Origin: Chloroflexota bacterium
GTDB taxonomy: Bacteria; Chloroflexota; Anaerolineae; Anaerolineales; Villigracilaceae
NCBI GenBank assembly: GCA_016191985.1
Contig: JACPVB010000004.1
Coordinates: 1 to 50,633 of the forward strand
DNA: 50,633 nucleotides
Direction: 5' to 3'
Of this stretch, positions 16,828-26,620 are shown piece by piece. The stretch's first letter is position 1. The number at the start of each line of letters is the position of its first letter. The position numbers and the translations under genes are program-made. Under the pieces are notes generated by a model that made no database searches, was not told the origin of the DNA, and worked only from the letters and a program-made list of their open reading frames with translations.

Positions 16828-19014
16828 CTACTCAATCTTCCCCAACGCCCTCAGCACGCGCTCCGGCGTGAACGGGAATTCACTGATCCACACACCGGTT
16901 GCATCGTGGATGGCGGCGGCGATGGCGGGAGCGACTGGCAGATAAGGTAATTCGCCCATGCCGCGCGCACCCCAAGGTCCGTTCGGGTCTGGGACTTCCA
17001 CCAAAACGGATTCCACTTTTTCGGGAATGTCCCAAATGGTGGGGATGAGATACGTGCTGAGCTGGTCGGTGAGGACTCTGCCGTCCTTCGTCTTGTACTC
17101 TTCCAACACGGCGTAGCCATGCGCCTGCACCACTGCGCCTTCAATTTGACCGACGATCAGGTCAGGGTTGATGGCCTTGCCAACATCATCGGCTGAAGTC
17201 AGGCGGATCACACGCACGTGTCCAGTGTCAGTATCCACTTCCACCTCGGCGGCTTGAGCGGCATAGGCATATTGGAAATTGGGCGTGGAGTAGCCCGTCT
17301 CTTTGTTAAACGGGGTGGTGCGCGGCGCGAGATATTTGAACTCTGCAATCGCAGGGCGTTCCTCCGCCATCCATTTTTCCAAAGCGGCTTCCGCTGCGCC
17401 TTTGATGGAGTTGCCAGCCATAAAGGTCAGGCGCGATGCGGACGCGGAACCGGGGTTGCCCATCGTGGCAGAGTCGGAAGTCCGCAATTCCACTTTGTTT
17501 TCGGGAACTCCCAAAACCTGCGCGGCCATTTGCACCATGACCGTGTGCGTGCCCTGTCCAACCTCCGCGCCCGCGTGATGGACAATGATACGCTCCATCG
17601 AGCCGTTACCGTGAATTTCAACTTTTGCCCAGCAGTTTTCCTGATAGCCAAAAGAGAAGCCCACATTTTTAAATCCAGCGGCAAAACCACGCCCGCGGAC
17701 GATATGCGATTTTTCATTCTTCTTTTTGGATTTCTTTTTCCATCCAAATTTATCGCGCGCGGCTTCGATACATTCCACCATGCTGACCGGGTTTGGTGCG
17801 GGTGTGCCGACGCCCATCGTATCGCCGTCGCGCAGAGCGTTGATGAGGCGGAACTCGACCGGGTCCATGCCGAGTTTTTCGGCGAGTTTATTCATTTGTG
17901 ACTCAGCCATGAACAAGGCTTGCGGCGCGCCGAATCCGCGGAAGGCTGCGCCGGGCAGGTTGTTGGTGTACACGCCGTACACATCCACTTTTACATTGGG
18001 GATGAAGTACGGGCCGGTGGATGTGATGGCCGCATTGCCAAGCACCTTGTTGGAGGTGTACATGTACGCGCCTCCATCCCCGACCAATTCTGATTCTGCG
18101 GCGACGAGTTTTCCGTCGCTGGCAGCGCCCCATTTGGCTTTGAGAAATACCTCGTGACGTTTGCCGTGCCCAATGATCGACTCACGACGCGACCAGACGA
18201 TCTTGACCGGACGTCCTAGTTTCCAGGCCGCAAGCGCCAGCACGATCTGCACAGACATATCTTCACGTCCGCCGAACGCGCCGCCGATGGCTGGATACAC
18301 CACGCGGATTTTTTCATCGGGCAGGCCAAGCGCGTGCGCAATGGCGCCTCGGTCGGCATGAGTCCACTGGCCGGCGGATTCCACAGTGATAAGTCCCTGC
18401 TCGTCGATGTAGGCCAGCCCTGCTTCGGGCTGGAGATAGGCATGTTCCTGCACGGGAGTGTGATATTCGCCTTCCACGATCACAGCGGCATTGGCGAAGC
18501 CTGCATCCACATCCCCTTTGCGGATTTTGTAATGGACGCAGACGTTCGAGTCACCCCTGTCTGGGTGTAGGAGGGGCGCATCGGGACGCATGGCAGTGAT
18601 CGGGTCGGTAAGAGGCGGCAGGTCTTCGTAATCCACCTCGATCAATTTCATCGCCGCCTCTGCCTCGACCTCGGAGTTGGCTACCACGACTGCGACCTGG
18701 TCCCCCACGAAGCGGACAATATCTGTGTAAGGTTTGCTCGCGCCCGGTCCGCACAGCACGGGTTGATCGGGAATTTGCAAGCCATATTCATTGACCGGTA
18801 TATCCCTGGCGGTATACACAGCGGCCACCCCCGGCGCAGACAGGGCTTTCTTAATTTGAATTTCTTTCACGCGGGCATGGGGGCGTTCTGCCATGAGAAT
18901 CTTCATGTGCAACATGCCCTTCATGTTCAAATCGCCGGAGTAGAGGGTTTGACCGGTAACTTTTCCGCGCGCATCCACACGCGGATATGATTTTCCGACA
19001 GAATTTTCAGACAT
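16828..19014 (-). CDS. Xanthine dehydrogenase family molybdopterin-binding subunit
   Basis: RVDARGKVTG, QEHAYLQPE, IGGAFGGRED, AFRGFGAPQ, EVGQG, GQIEG and GARGMGELP motifs. Confidence 0.95.
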   Translation of the reverse strand: MSENSVGKSYPRVDARGKVTGQTLYSGDLNMKGMLHMKILMAERPHARVKEIQIKKALSAPGVAAVYTARDIPVNEYGLQIPDQPVLCGPGASKPYTDIVRFVGDQVAVVVANSEVEAEAAMKLIEVDYEDLPPLTDPITAMRPDAPLLHPDRGDSNVCVHYKIRKGDVDAGFANAAVIVEGEYHTPVQEHAYLQPEAGLAYIDEQGLITVESAGQWTHADRGAIAHALGLPDEKIRVVYPAIGGAFGGREDMSVQIVLALAAWKLGRPVKIVWSRRESIIGHGKRHEVFLKAKWGAASDGKLVAAESELVGDGGAYMYTSNKVLGNAAITSTGPYFIPNVKVDVYGVYTNNLPGAAFRGFGAPQALFMAESQMNKLAEKLGMDPVEFRLINALRDGDTMGVGTPAPNPVSMVECIEAARDKFGWKKKSKKKNEKSHIVRGRGFAAGFKNVGFSFGYQENCWAKVEIHGNGSMERIIVHHAGAEVGQGTHTVMVQMAAQVLGVPENKVELRTSDSATMGNPGSASASRLTFMAGNSIKGAAEAALEKWMAEERPAIAEFKYLAPRTTPFNKETGYSTPNFQYAYAAQAAEVEVDTDTGHVRVIRLTSADDVGKAINPDLIVGQIEGAVVQAHGYAVLEEYKTKDGRVLTDQLSTYLIPTIWDIPEKVESVLVEVPDPNGPWGARGMGELPYLPVAPAIAAAIHDATGVWISEFPFTPERVLRALGKIE

Positions 19015-19020
19015 GGTTTC

Positions 19021-19443
19021 CTAGCGTGTATATTTTTTGGCCTTGAACTTCGGCGGCGGCACATCCAGCGGACCCCAGCGGGAAGGACCGAGCATACGGT
19101 AAATGGCAGCATAGATGAAAGAGATGACGCCGCTGAGGAGGATCATGTATAAAATGCCGACAGCCGCATACGCGTAGAAGTGTTGGATTTCGGTGATGCG
19201 GCCAAACACCGCCCAGAGCGTATTAGAACTGTAGACAATATCAGGCAGGCGGGGAGTGCCAAGCAATTGATATGGAATGTTCCATTCGTGAGCCAACCCA
19301 TAATCGACGGTCAGGATTGCCGCCGAGAAGGAAATGGCCGGGATGATGATCATCATCAGGCATCCCAGGCCGCGCCAGATAAAATGCGGGCCTTGTTGTT
19401 TTGGTTTTTCCCTGAAAACTGCTGAACTCTTATATTTGCCCAT
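19021..19443 (-). CDS. Hypothetical membrane protein between the XDH subunits
   Basis: AGGAGGT RBS; two TM segments; tightly spaced between the flanking genes (9 and 6 nt gaps). Confidence 0.75.
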   Translation of the reverse strand: MGKYKSSAVFREKPKQQGPHFIWRGLGCLMMIIIPAISFSAAILTVDYGLAHEWNIPYQLLGTPRLPDIVYSSNTLWAVFGRITEIQHFYAYAAVGILYMILLSGVISFIYAAIYRMLGPSRWGPLDVPPPKFKAKKYTR

Positions 19444-19452
19444 AGCTACCTC

Positions 19453-20862
19453 CTAAACTTTTGTCTTACTTGCGTCTTCGATGGCTTTGACGATCTTGTA
19501 ATAACCGGTACATCGGCACAGGTTGCCGGTGATGGCCTGCTCGATCTCGTATTTTGTTGGATTATTTTTTTCCTCCAACAATTTTGCACCGGACATGATG
19601 AAGCCGGGCGTGCAATACCCGCACTGGACAGCGCCATGCTCGATGAAGGCTTCCTGCACGGGGTGAAGTTGTCCATCATCCGCAAGCCCTTCCACGGTGA
19701 CGATTTCTGCGCCATGTGCGCGCGGCGCAGGGACAAGGCAGGACATGACCGCTTGTCCATCCAAAAAGACAGTGCACGCGCCGCACTCGCCTTCGGCACA
19801 GCCTTCTTTTGTGCCGGTCAACAGGCCTTCTTCACGGAGCAGGCGTAAAAGCGTTTTGCTGTGCCCGCTTTTGAAGGAATATTTTTTTCCATTAATGATT
19901 GTTTCAATTGGAGAACTGGGAAATTGACTCGTGGAAAACGGCCTGCTGTTCTCCAAAAGTTTTCCTTGCAGCAGGATCGGCTTCTTCGGCATACCCATCT
20001 GTTCGGTTTCGTCGCGGATGGCGGTGAGTCCGCGCGCGGTGATGACCCTGACCATTTCGCGGCGGTAGCTGGCGGAGCCGCGCACATCGTCAATGGGATG
20101 GGCGGCTTTTACGGCAAGCTCGGCGGCCTGGGCAATATTTTTATCGGTCAGTTTTTTCTTTGCGAGGAATTGTTCCGCTTCTTCGGCGTGGGTGATGATG
20201 GGAGTCACGGCTCCCAGCGTGATGGATGCCGATTTAACGGAATCAGCTTTAATGTTCAGAATGATCGCAACGTTCACAAGCGAGATGGCTTGCGCGCGGC
20301 GCAAGGCCAGTTTGATGAAGGTCCCGCGCTGGGTTTTTGTCATCGCTGGGAAGGAAATATCCACCAGCATTTCATCCGACTGCATCACGTTTTTGCGGAC
20401 GCCGGTGTAAAAGTCTTTTAAAAGAATGGTACGTTCGCCGCGCGTGGAAAGCAGGGTAACGCTGGCATCGAGCGCCATCAACGGGGTGATGGTGTCGTTG
20501 GCGGGCGAGGCGGTGATGAGGTTGCCCGCGATGGTGCCGCGGTTGCGAATCTGCGGCGCGCCCACTTCCCAGGCTGCGCGCGCGAGGGGATAGGCGCGTT
20601 CGCGAATGAGTTTGGACGCGGCGCAATCGTTGTGCGTGACGAGCGGACCAAGATGAATGATGTTGTCTTCGTCAAGGGTAATTTGTTGAAGTGCCGGGAT
20701 GCGTGTTACGTCGATGAGCGTGTCGATGCCTTTGCGGACGCCGCGCTCGAGTTCGAGGATCAGGTCTGTGCCGCCGGCGACGATGCGGGCGCGCTCTTTT
20801 TGATCTGCCAGGATTTTTAGTACCTCATCGGTGGAGGTTGCATTGATATATTCAAGCCACAT
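19453..20862 (-). CDS. Xanthine dehydrogenase family FAD-binding subunit fused to a C-terminal (2Fe-2S) subunit
   Basis: VAGGTDL and QIRNRGTIAGN (FAD); GTKEGCAEGECGACTV, QCGYCTPG and GNLCRCTGY (2x[2Fe-2S]). Confidence 0.93.
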   Translation of the reverse strand: MWLEYINATSTDEVLKILADQKERARIVAGGTDLILELERGVRKGIDTLIDVTRIPALQQITLDEDNIIHLGPLVTHNDCAASKLIRERAYPLARAAWEVGAPQIRNRGTIAGNLITASPANDTITPLMALDASVTLLSTRGERTILLKDFYTGVRKNVMQSDEMLVDISFPAMTKTQRGTFIKLALRRAQAISLVNVAIILNIKADSVKSASITLGAVTPIITHAEEAEQFLAKKKLTDKNIAQAAELAVKAAHPIDDVRGSASYRREMVRVITARGLTAIRDETEQMGMPKKPILLQGKLLENSRPFSTSQFPSSPIETIINGKKYSFKSGHSKTLLRLLREEGLLTGTKEGCAEGECGACTVFLDGQAVMSCLVPAPRAHGAEIVTVEGLADDGQLHPVQEAFIEHGAVQCGYCTPGFIMSGAKLLEEKNNPTKYEIEQAITGNLCRCTGYYKIVKAIEDASKTKV

Positions 20863-20872
20863 AACATTAACC

Positions 20873-20901
20873 GTAGAGACACGGCGTCGCCGTGTCCCTA
20901 C
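20873..20901. repeat. GTAG-type REP-like palindrome
   Basis: GTAGAGACACGGCGTCGCCGTGTCCCTAC. Confidence 0.6.
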
Positions 20902-20910
20902 AAAAAATTC

Positions 20911-21435
20911 TTATTGTCCGTTGCCGGTGACGATCTCAGAGCGGCGCTCGAAGGTTTCCACCGCAAGGCGGGCAAGGGTGGTGAGGTTGCGGATGGCGGC
21001 GGGCAGGGCCGCTTCATCGCCGAGGCTGGCTTCCACGTTGTTCAACGCAGCGCCGACCTGATCACCGAGGTCGAAGAATGCCGCATCGAATTGATAGATA
21101 GCCGCAAGTTCCTTCTCGTTGATCTTGACGGCGTCGAACAGCCCGGAGTATCCGCGTGCGGCGGTGGTGATCTTGTCTATGAAGGTGCGCAAGGCAAGCG
21201 CGGCTTTTTCCATATCGTCCACGTATTTAATCATGCCACTGCTCACCATTTCAACCTGCAGGTTCGATGCGCGGCTCCAATGTTCTTCAAAGCGGCGCGC
21301 CACGGTTTCACGCAGGATCTTATCCGCATCGCGGCGGTTCTGTCTTTCCACGTAGCCGCTAAAACCGGGGATGTAGGAAACCAGTTTCTTGAATGGGTCG
21401 ATCTGACTGCTTACTTTTTCAAAGAAATCACTCAT
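20911..21435 (-). CDS. Hypothetical helical protein
   Basis: GGAGG RBS; 174 aa with host-like codon usage; IPGFSGY...RRDADK..R and GYSGLFDAVKINE segments look conserved. Confidence 0.8.
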   Translation of the reverse strand: MSDFFEKVSSQIDPFKKLVSYIPGFSGYVERQNRRDADKILRETVARRFEEHWSRASNLQVEMVSSGMIKYVDDMEKAALALRTFIDKITTAARGYSGLFDAVKINEKELAAIYQFDAAFFDLGDQVGAALNNVEASLGDEAALPAAIRNLTTLARLAVETFERRSEIVTGNGQ

Positions 21436-21549
21436 TTGAGCCTCCGTGCATAATATACGTGATATTTGTCATTTCGTCTCACAACTTTTCCATTATATCG
21501 TTTAATTCCAGTTATAATCAAGTTATCATTTTTTTCTCAGGAGCATAGT

Positions 21550-22968
21550 ATGTCGAACCCAATTAAAGAATTACTTGAATTAGTTGACAACAGTTTATCT
21601 GTTGACGGGGCGAACGTGAAAGTACTGGATGCGAATAAATTCAGGAAGAATATCGGAAAACTGGTGGAGCGTTCCGCGCTCGCCTCCGACTCATCTGTGG
21701 GCTGGTCCCGTTACCTGATCCGCGCCGCCGCTTTGGAATTGGGCGTGTACCCTGCATCCATCCACGATCTGTACATGGCGCGTGGACGGGGCGACGCACC
21801 TATGACCTTCACCACTCCCGCGTTCAACCTGCGGGCCTTGTCCTATCATTCGGCGTGTGCCATGTTTCGCGCCGCGAACAAGATCAACGCGGGCGCGTTC
21901 ATCTTTGAGCTGGCCCGTTCTGAAATGAGCTACACCGCCCAGCGACCCTCCGAATACGCCACCAACATCCTCGCCGCCGCCGTGGCGGAGGGATTTGTCG
22001 GCCCCGTTTTCATTCAGGGTGACCACTTCCAGGTCTCTGCCAAGCGATATGCGGCTGACCCTGCGGCGGAGTTGCAAGCCGTGCGGGACTTATCCCTCGA
22101 ATCGATTGCCGCTGGCTTCTACAACATCGATGTAGACACCTCCACTTTGGTGGATATTAACCTGCCAACCGTTGATGAACAGCAGGCGCTCAACAGCAGA
22201 CTCTCCGCGGAACTTTCCACCTTCATCCGGGACAACGAACCGCAGGGCGTCACTATTTCCATCGGCGGCGAGATCGGCGAGGTTGGGACAACCAACTCCA
22301 CCGAGCCTGAATTGCGCGCCTACATGAATGCCTACAATGCCCAAATGAAAACCCTCTCTCCCGGTAAGTCTGGCCTGAGCAAAATCAGCGTATTGACCGG
22401 CACGTCCCACGGCGGAACCGTCCTCCCCGATGGTTCTCTCGCCAAGGTAAACATTGCCTTCGATGTCCTGCGCGACCTCAGCCGTGTTGCCCGCAAGGAA
22501 TACGGCATGGGTGGCACTGTCCAACACGGCGCATCCACTTTGCCTGAGGAGAATTTCAATCAATTTGTGCAAAACGAAGCCATTGAGGTGCATCTCGCCA
22601 CGAACTTCACCACCATGTTCTTCGATAATGTCCCCGCGGAGTTCAAGCAGGAAATGTATGCCTGGCTGGACGCCAATGCGGCGGGAGACCGCAAACCCGG
22701 CATGACCGATGAACAGTTCTATTACAAAACTCGTAAGAATGCGGTCGGTCCTTTCAAGGCCAAGTCCTATGCGCTGCCTGAGGATTCCAAGGATAAACTT
22801 GTTAAAGCATGGGAAGCGCAGTTCGATAAACTGTTCAACCTGCTCGGCGTGAAAGATACGAAACAATATACCGACAAGTTCATCAAGCCAGTCAAAATCC
22901 AACCTGTGCTGGCAGATTTTGTGAAGGAAGACCTCGCCGCAGAAGATGTGAGCGATCTGGCGGATTGA
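21550..22968 (+). CDS. Class II fructose-bisphosphate aldolase family protein (long form)
   Basis: TPAFN, QGDHFQ, GGEIGEVG, GTSHGG and VQHGASTLP metal and substrate motifs; AGGAG RBS before ATG 21550. Confidence 0.88.
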   Translation: MSNPIKELLELVDNSLSVDGANVKVLDANKFRKNIGKLVERSALASDSSVGWSRYLIRAAALELGVYPASIHDLYMARGRGDAPMTFTTPAFNLRALSYHSACAMFRAANKINAGAFIFELARSEMSYTAQRPSEYATNILAAAVAEGFVGPVFIQGDHFQVSAKRYAADPAAELQAVRDLSLESIAAGFYNIDVDTSTLVDINLPTVDEQQALNSRLSAELSTFIRDNEPQGVTISIGGEIGEVGTTNSTEPELRAYMNAYNAQMKTLSPGKSGLSKISVLTGTSHGGTVLPDGSLAKVNIAFDVLRDLSRVARKEYGMGGTVQHGASTLPEENFNQFVQNEAIEVHLATNFTTMFFDNVPAEFKQEMYAWLDANAAGDRKPGMTDEQFYYKTRKNAVGPFKAKSYALPEDSKDKLVKAWEAQFDKLFNLLGVKDTKQYTDKFIKPVKIQPVLADFVKEDLAAEDVSDLAD

Positions 22969-22973
22969 TTTTT

Positions 22974-23020
22974 TTACGCATTACGGATTACAAATGCCAT
23001 TTGTGATCCGTAATGCGTAA
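22974..23020. repeat. Long palindrome built from heptamer (TTACGCA/TTACGGA) repeats
   Basis: TTACGCATTACGGATTACAAATG / CATTTGTGATCCGTAATGCGTAA; 23-bp arms with one mismatch. Confidence 0.7.
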
Positions 23021-23030
23021 CTCGTAATTC

Positions 23031-23525
23031 ATGCCAATTTCAGACCAGGGCATTACTAAAGATAGATACATGCTCATCCCTCGCACGGCGATCTTTCTCC
23101 GTCGCGGGGATGAGTATTTGTTAATTAAAGGCGCGCCCAGCAAGAGATTGTGGGCTGGTAAATATAACTGTCTCGGCGGGCATGTGGAGCGCGGCGAGGA
23201 TGTGCTCTCTGCGGCAGAGCGTGAATTGCTTGAAGAAGCCGGTGTCACTGCCGATTTATGGATATGCGGCACGGTACTTGTGGATGCGGGGGAGGTGGGG
23301 GTCTGTCTGTTTGTGGTGTGTGGGGAAAATGTGCGGGGGGAGGTGAATGCCTCTAAAGAAGGAGCAGTTGAATGGGTGGGGAAAGAGGCGGTGGCTCATC
23401 TGCCAGTGGTGGAAGATTTACCGATCCTGCTGGAGAGAATCCATTCAATGAAGATGGGCGATGTGCCCTTCTCGGCGCGTTCGTTTTATGATGACGAAGG
23501 ACGATTGAGGGTAATTTTTGGTTAA
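23031..23525 (+). CDS. NUDIX hydrolase
   Basis: GGHVERGEDVLSAAERELLEEAG Nudix box. Confidence 0.9.
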   Translation: MPISDQGITKDRYMLIPRTAIFLRRGDEYLLIKGAPSKRLWAGKYNCLGGHVERGEDVLSAAERELLEEAGVTADLWICGTVLVDAGEVGVCLFVVCGENVRGEVNASKEGAVEWVGKEAVAHLPVVEDLPILLERIHSMKMGDVPFSARSFYDDEGRLRVIFG

Positions 23526-23569
23526 TGTTTTGTGTTTCGCCGTCCCCGAGGGCAGCTGAGCGCATGGGT

Positions 23570-24364
23570 TTACGGAATGACGTAGCTTTGCAATTCAGTG
23601 GTGGATGTGTAAGGCGTGCCGCTAAAATCCCAGTTTTCAACAGATTTGATATAGCCAATGCCGGGCGCATACCAGTAGAGGTTTGTGCCGCTGTATTTCA
23701 TAGGGACTTGCATATCACCGAATGGGACAAGAATGTCTACAATGGAGCTGGCTTGAATCTTGACGGCTTCAAATGTACCGGCTGGGACGGTAATCGTTTC
23801 CGCGCCCATCTCCTGCATGGTGGCTGAATACGATCCATTCGATGGAACTTGCTCTCCGGTGGGGATGGGAATTGTACCTTGCAAGGTCAGACCGTATTGC
23901 CATTGCATTCCACTTGTGATCTGGCTGGGAAGACTGATTCCTGATGTAGCTGTGGTGATAAATTCGGCGGCCATGCCCTGGGCGGTGATACTGGCTGTGA
24001 TGCCCCCGCCCAGATTGAGAGCTTTTAAGCCGCCTGTTTCGCAAGCCCATTCCTGCGTGCGGGTGACGTTGGTGAATTGCGAGGTTAGGGTGAAGCCATT
24101 CTCGCGGACCGCGCTGATCGTATCACTGTAAGCAAACGATCCGTTCGGTCCACCGGAATTGATATAAGCCCAGCTCGCACCCTGGCGGACGGGGTAGAGG
24201 GAGTTGTCACATAACCCGCCTGTGTTTGGAATTACGGGAGCTGGTTGTGTAAACGGGAGAACGATTTCCTGTGTTTCGGTGCCATCCCCCAGGTTTCCGC
24301 ACGCCGCCAGACCCAATAAACAGATCAAGATAACAAGGCTTATTTTCATTCGCTTGGGTTGCAT
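23570..24364 (-). CDS. Lipoprotein, beta-rich (DUF3108-like C-terminus)
   Basis: Signal peptide with LAAC lipobox; ETITVPAGTFEAVK...WYAPGIG. GGAG RBS before ATG 24364; alternative start 24349. Confidence 0.75.
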   Translation of the reverse strand: MQPKRMKISLVILICLLGLAACGNLGDGTETQEIVLPFTQPAPVIPNTGGLCDNSLYPVRQGASWAYINSGGPNGSFAYSDTISAVRENGFTLTSQFTNVTRTQEWACETGGLKALNLGGGITASITAQGMAAEFITTATSGISLPSQITSGMQWQYGLTLQGTIPIPTGEQVPSNGSYSATMQEMGAETITVPAGTFEAVKIQASSIVDILVPFGDMQVPMKYSGTNLYWYAPGIGYIKSVENWDFSGTPYTSTTELQSYVIP

Positions 24365-24523
24365 AGGGTTCTCCGGATCGGTGTCGGTGCTGAGTGGGCA
24401 TCCGGCTTTATGTTTATTCTGGCGGTGCATGTTTGGTAGAAGCACGTCCCCTCTTTGGAGAAAGCAAATTTGAATTTTTTGTTTACCAAATTATGCGATA
24501 CTTTGTAGAAGACGAGATACGAT

Positions 24524-25690
24524 TTATTGCCACTTCAACAGAGTGATCGTGAATTTACTTCCCTTGCCCGGCTGGCTTTCCACATCCAGCGTGCCTTTAT
24601 GCTGTTGAATGACCTGGCGTGTAATGGAAAGACCGATGCCCAATCCGCTGTATAGTTCGTCGCCGCTTCTTTCAAGATGTACGAATCTGTCGAAAATACG
24701 CGGACGGATCATAGGATCGATGCCAATGCCGTGGTCTTCAACGGCAATACCCACCTTGTTATCTTTTTTGGAAATGCGTATTTCTACCATGCCTTCCGGC
24801 GCGCTGAATTTAATGGCATTGTCCACCAGCGCGGTGACCGCCCTTTCGAGCGACTGTGCATCGCCTTGCACTACTGGGATGCCCTGGTCTTCCCGCACTT
24901 TTAGGATCACGCGCCTTTCCTTTGCCCTGGCTTCATACTTTCTGATGACGTTATCCACCACTTCCACAATATCCACCGCCTGGAACTCGGGCAGCACCAG
25001 CTCGATTTCCTGGAGAAAGAGGATATCGTTGGTGAGGCTGATGATCTGGTCCACATTACGGGTGATGGTTTCGACGGAATTTTTTAATTGTTCACCATTA
25101 AGCATCCCTTTTTTGAGCGCGTGGAGATATCCGCTGGCGACCATCAAGGGCGTACGCAATTCATGGGCGATGTTGGAGAGAAATTCCTGCCGGGCGAGGT
25201 CCTGCTCGGCGAGTTGTTGATAAGCATCGGCGAGTTCGGATGCGCGCAGCCTTAGATCTTCGATGGCAAGCTGGTCGTTCTGTCTTAACCGGTTGCTGAT
25301 CTCCCGGACCATGGCCATTGCCACGCTGGGACTGCGCTTTAGTACACGGTCGAAGCCTTCCTTGTCCAGTTCGAGGAGGACCACATTGGTAAGGGATTTA
25401 ACCGTAGCGGCGCGCGGCGCATTGTGGATGAGCGCCATCTCACCGAAAAAATCCCCCGCGGTGAGCGTTTTCAGCAGGCGTTTATCGGCGTTGTTGATGA
25501 CCTTGGTGACTTCAAAATCGCCTTCGAGGATCATGTAAAAGGTGCGTTCCACAGCATCTTCCCTGCACACAACCACGTCCGCTGGATAGGTTTTGATGCG
25601 GCTGTTTATGATGATTTCCTGCACTTCATCCGGTTTGATGCCGGGAAATGCGCGTGGGATAATCTTTGCGGGGGTACGGATCGTTGTCAT
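24524..25690 (-). CDS. Cytoplasmic sensor histidine kinase with N-terminal cyclic-nucleotide-binding domain
   Basis: FFGEMALIHNAPRAATV (cNMP); AHELRTPL (H box); DNAIKF, DHGIGI and GLGIGL (HATPase). Confidence 0.92.
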   Translation of the reverse strand: MTTIRTPAKIIPRAFPGIKPDEVQEIIINSRIKTYPADVVVCREDAVERTFYMILEGDFEVTKVINNADKRLLKTLTAGDFFGEMALIHNAPRAATVKSLTNVVLLELDKEGFDRVLKRSPSVAMAMVREISNRLRQNDQLAIEDLRLRASELADAYQQLAEQDLARQEFLSNIAHELRTPLMVASGYLHALKKGMLNGEQLKNSVETITRNVDQIISLTNDILFLQEIELVLPEFQAVDIVEVVDNVIRKYEARAKERRVILKVREDQGIPVVQGDAQSLERAVTALVDNAIKFSAPEGMVEIRISKKDNKVGIAVEDHGIGIDPMIRPRIFDRFVHLERSGDELYSGLGIGLSITRQVIQQHKGTLDVESQPGKGSKFTITLLKWQ

Positions 25691-25903
25691 AAAAGGGCTT
25701 GTCCTGCGGTCATTTTATCACGAGCCAAAAAATGAACTTTCACCCATTTGGACTATTCCCCTTGATGCTCCTTCAAAAAGTATCGAGTTTGGGTGAAAGA
25801 GCGCTTTAAGAAACGGCACAGGCTGGGTATAATAACTGTACCCTTTTGTGTTGAACCTTGACCCACTGAATAATCATATTTGCATGTTGGAGCGGACCTG
25901 TCC

Positions 25904-26284
25904 ATGCCATATTCAATTCAATATGATGATGCAGACTTTGTTTTCGTTGTATTTGAAGGGGATTTGGATGCGGCGGTTGTGAAGGTGTTTGTTCGTGAGG
26001 TGGTGTCATTCGCAAAGGAACATAAATGCTTCCGCATCCTGGCAGATTACAGGAAGACCACACTGAAACTTTCCATTGGGTTTATTTATGAATTACCAAA
26101 CCTGATCGTTAGGGAGGCCGCGATAACTGGAGCATCTGTCGATCAGATGAAACGCGCATTGGTTGTACCTCAAAAATTTTATGAGGGGTTTCGTTTCTTC
26201 GAGACGGTTTCGCTTAACCGTTCACAAAAGATTCGGATATTTGAGGATATGGATGAAGCAAGGACGTGGCTGTTAACTCCGTAA
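25904..26284 (+). CDS. Small STAS/SpoIIAA-like hypothetical protein
   Basis: RILADYR...KRALVV...FFETV..NR...IRIFEDMDEARTWL pattern. Confidence 0.65.
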   Translation: MPYSIQYDDADFVFVVFEGDLDAAVVKVFVREVVSFAKEHKCFRILADYRKTTLKLSIGFIYELPNLIVREAAITGASVDQMKRALVVPQKFYEGFRFFETVSLNRSQKIRIFEDMDEARTWLLTP

Positions 26285-26364
26285 GAAACCGCGGCAGCGA
26301 GGCTGTTCGGGCGATGGAATGGCAATTCTAAACAGAAACAACTGTCGGCGGGGAGAGGAGGCGG

Positions 26365-26604
26365 CTACTTCCTGCCACTCATCTGTTTTATGCTTTCTTC
26401 AATATCCGTTTGTGTGATCCTTAATTCGGACTTCCGTGCGTGGATGGATCTTAATGCCTGTTCGAACCATTCTTCGATCCATTGCGGCTTTTCGGGCCTT
26501 TCCGATTTGAGGTAGCGGATGAAGCCTATTACGTCTATCAACCTCATGTCCGGAAGGGTGGATATTTCCTCCATGATGATCTCTTCCAGTGAATTCATGA
26601 GCAT
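26365..26604 (-). CDS. Small hypothetical protein (DUF2281/antitoxin-like N-terminus)
   Basis: AGGAGG RBS; IMEEISTLPD..LIDVIGFIRYLK pattern. Confidence 0.65.
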   Translation of the reverse strand: MLMNSLEEIIMEEISTLPDMRLIDVIGFIRYLKSERPEKPQWIEEWFEQALRSIHARKSELRITQTDIEESIKQMSGRK

Positions 26605-26620
26605 GTCCTCCTGTGGTGAC

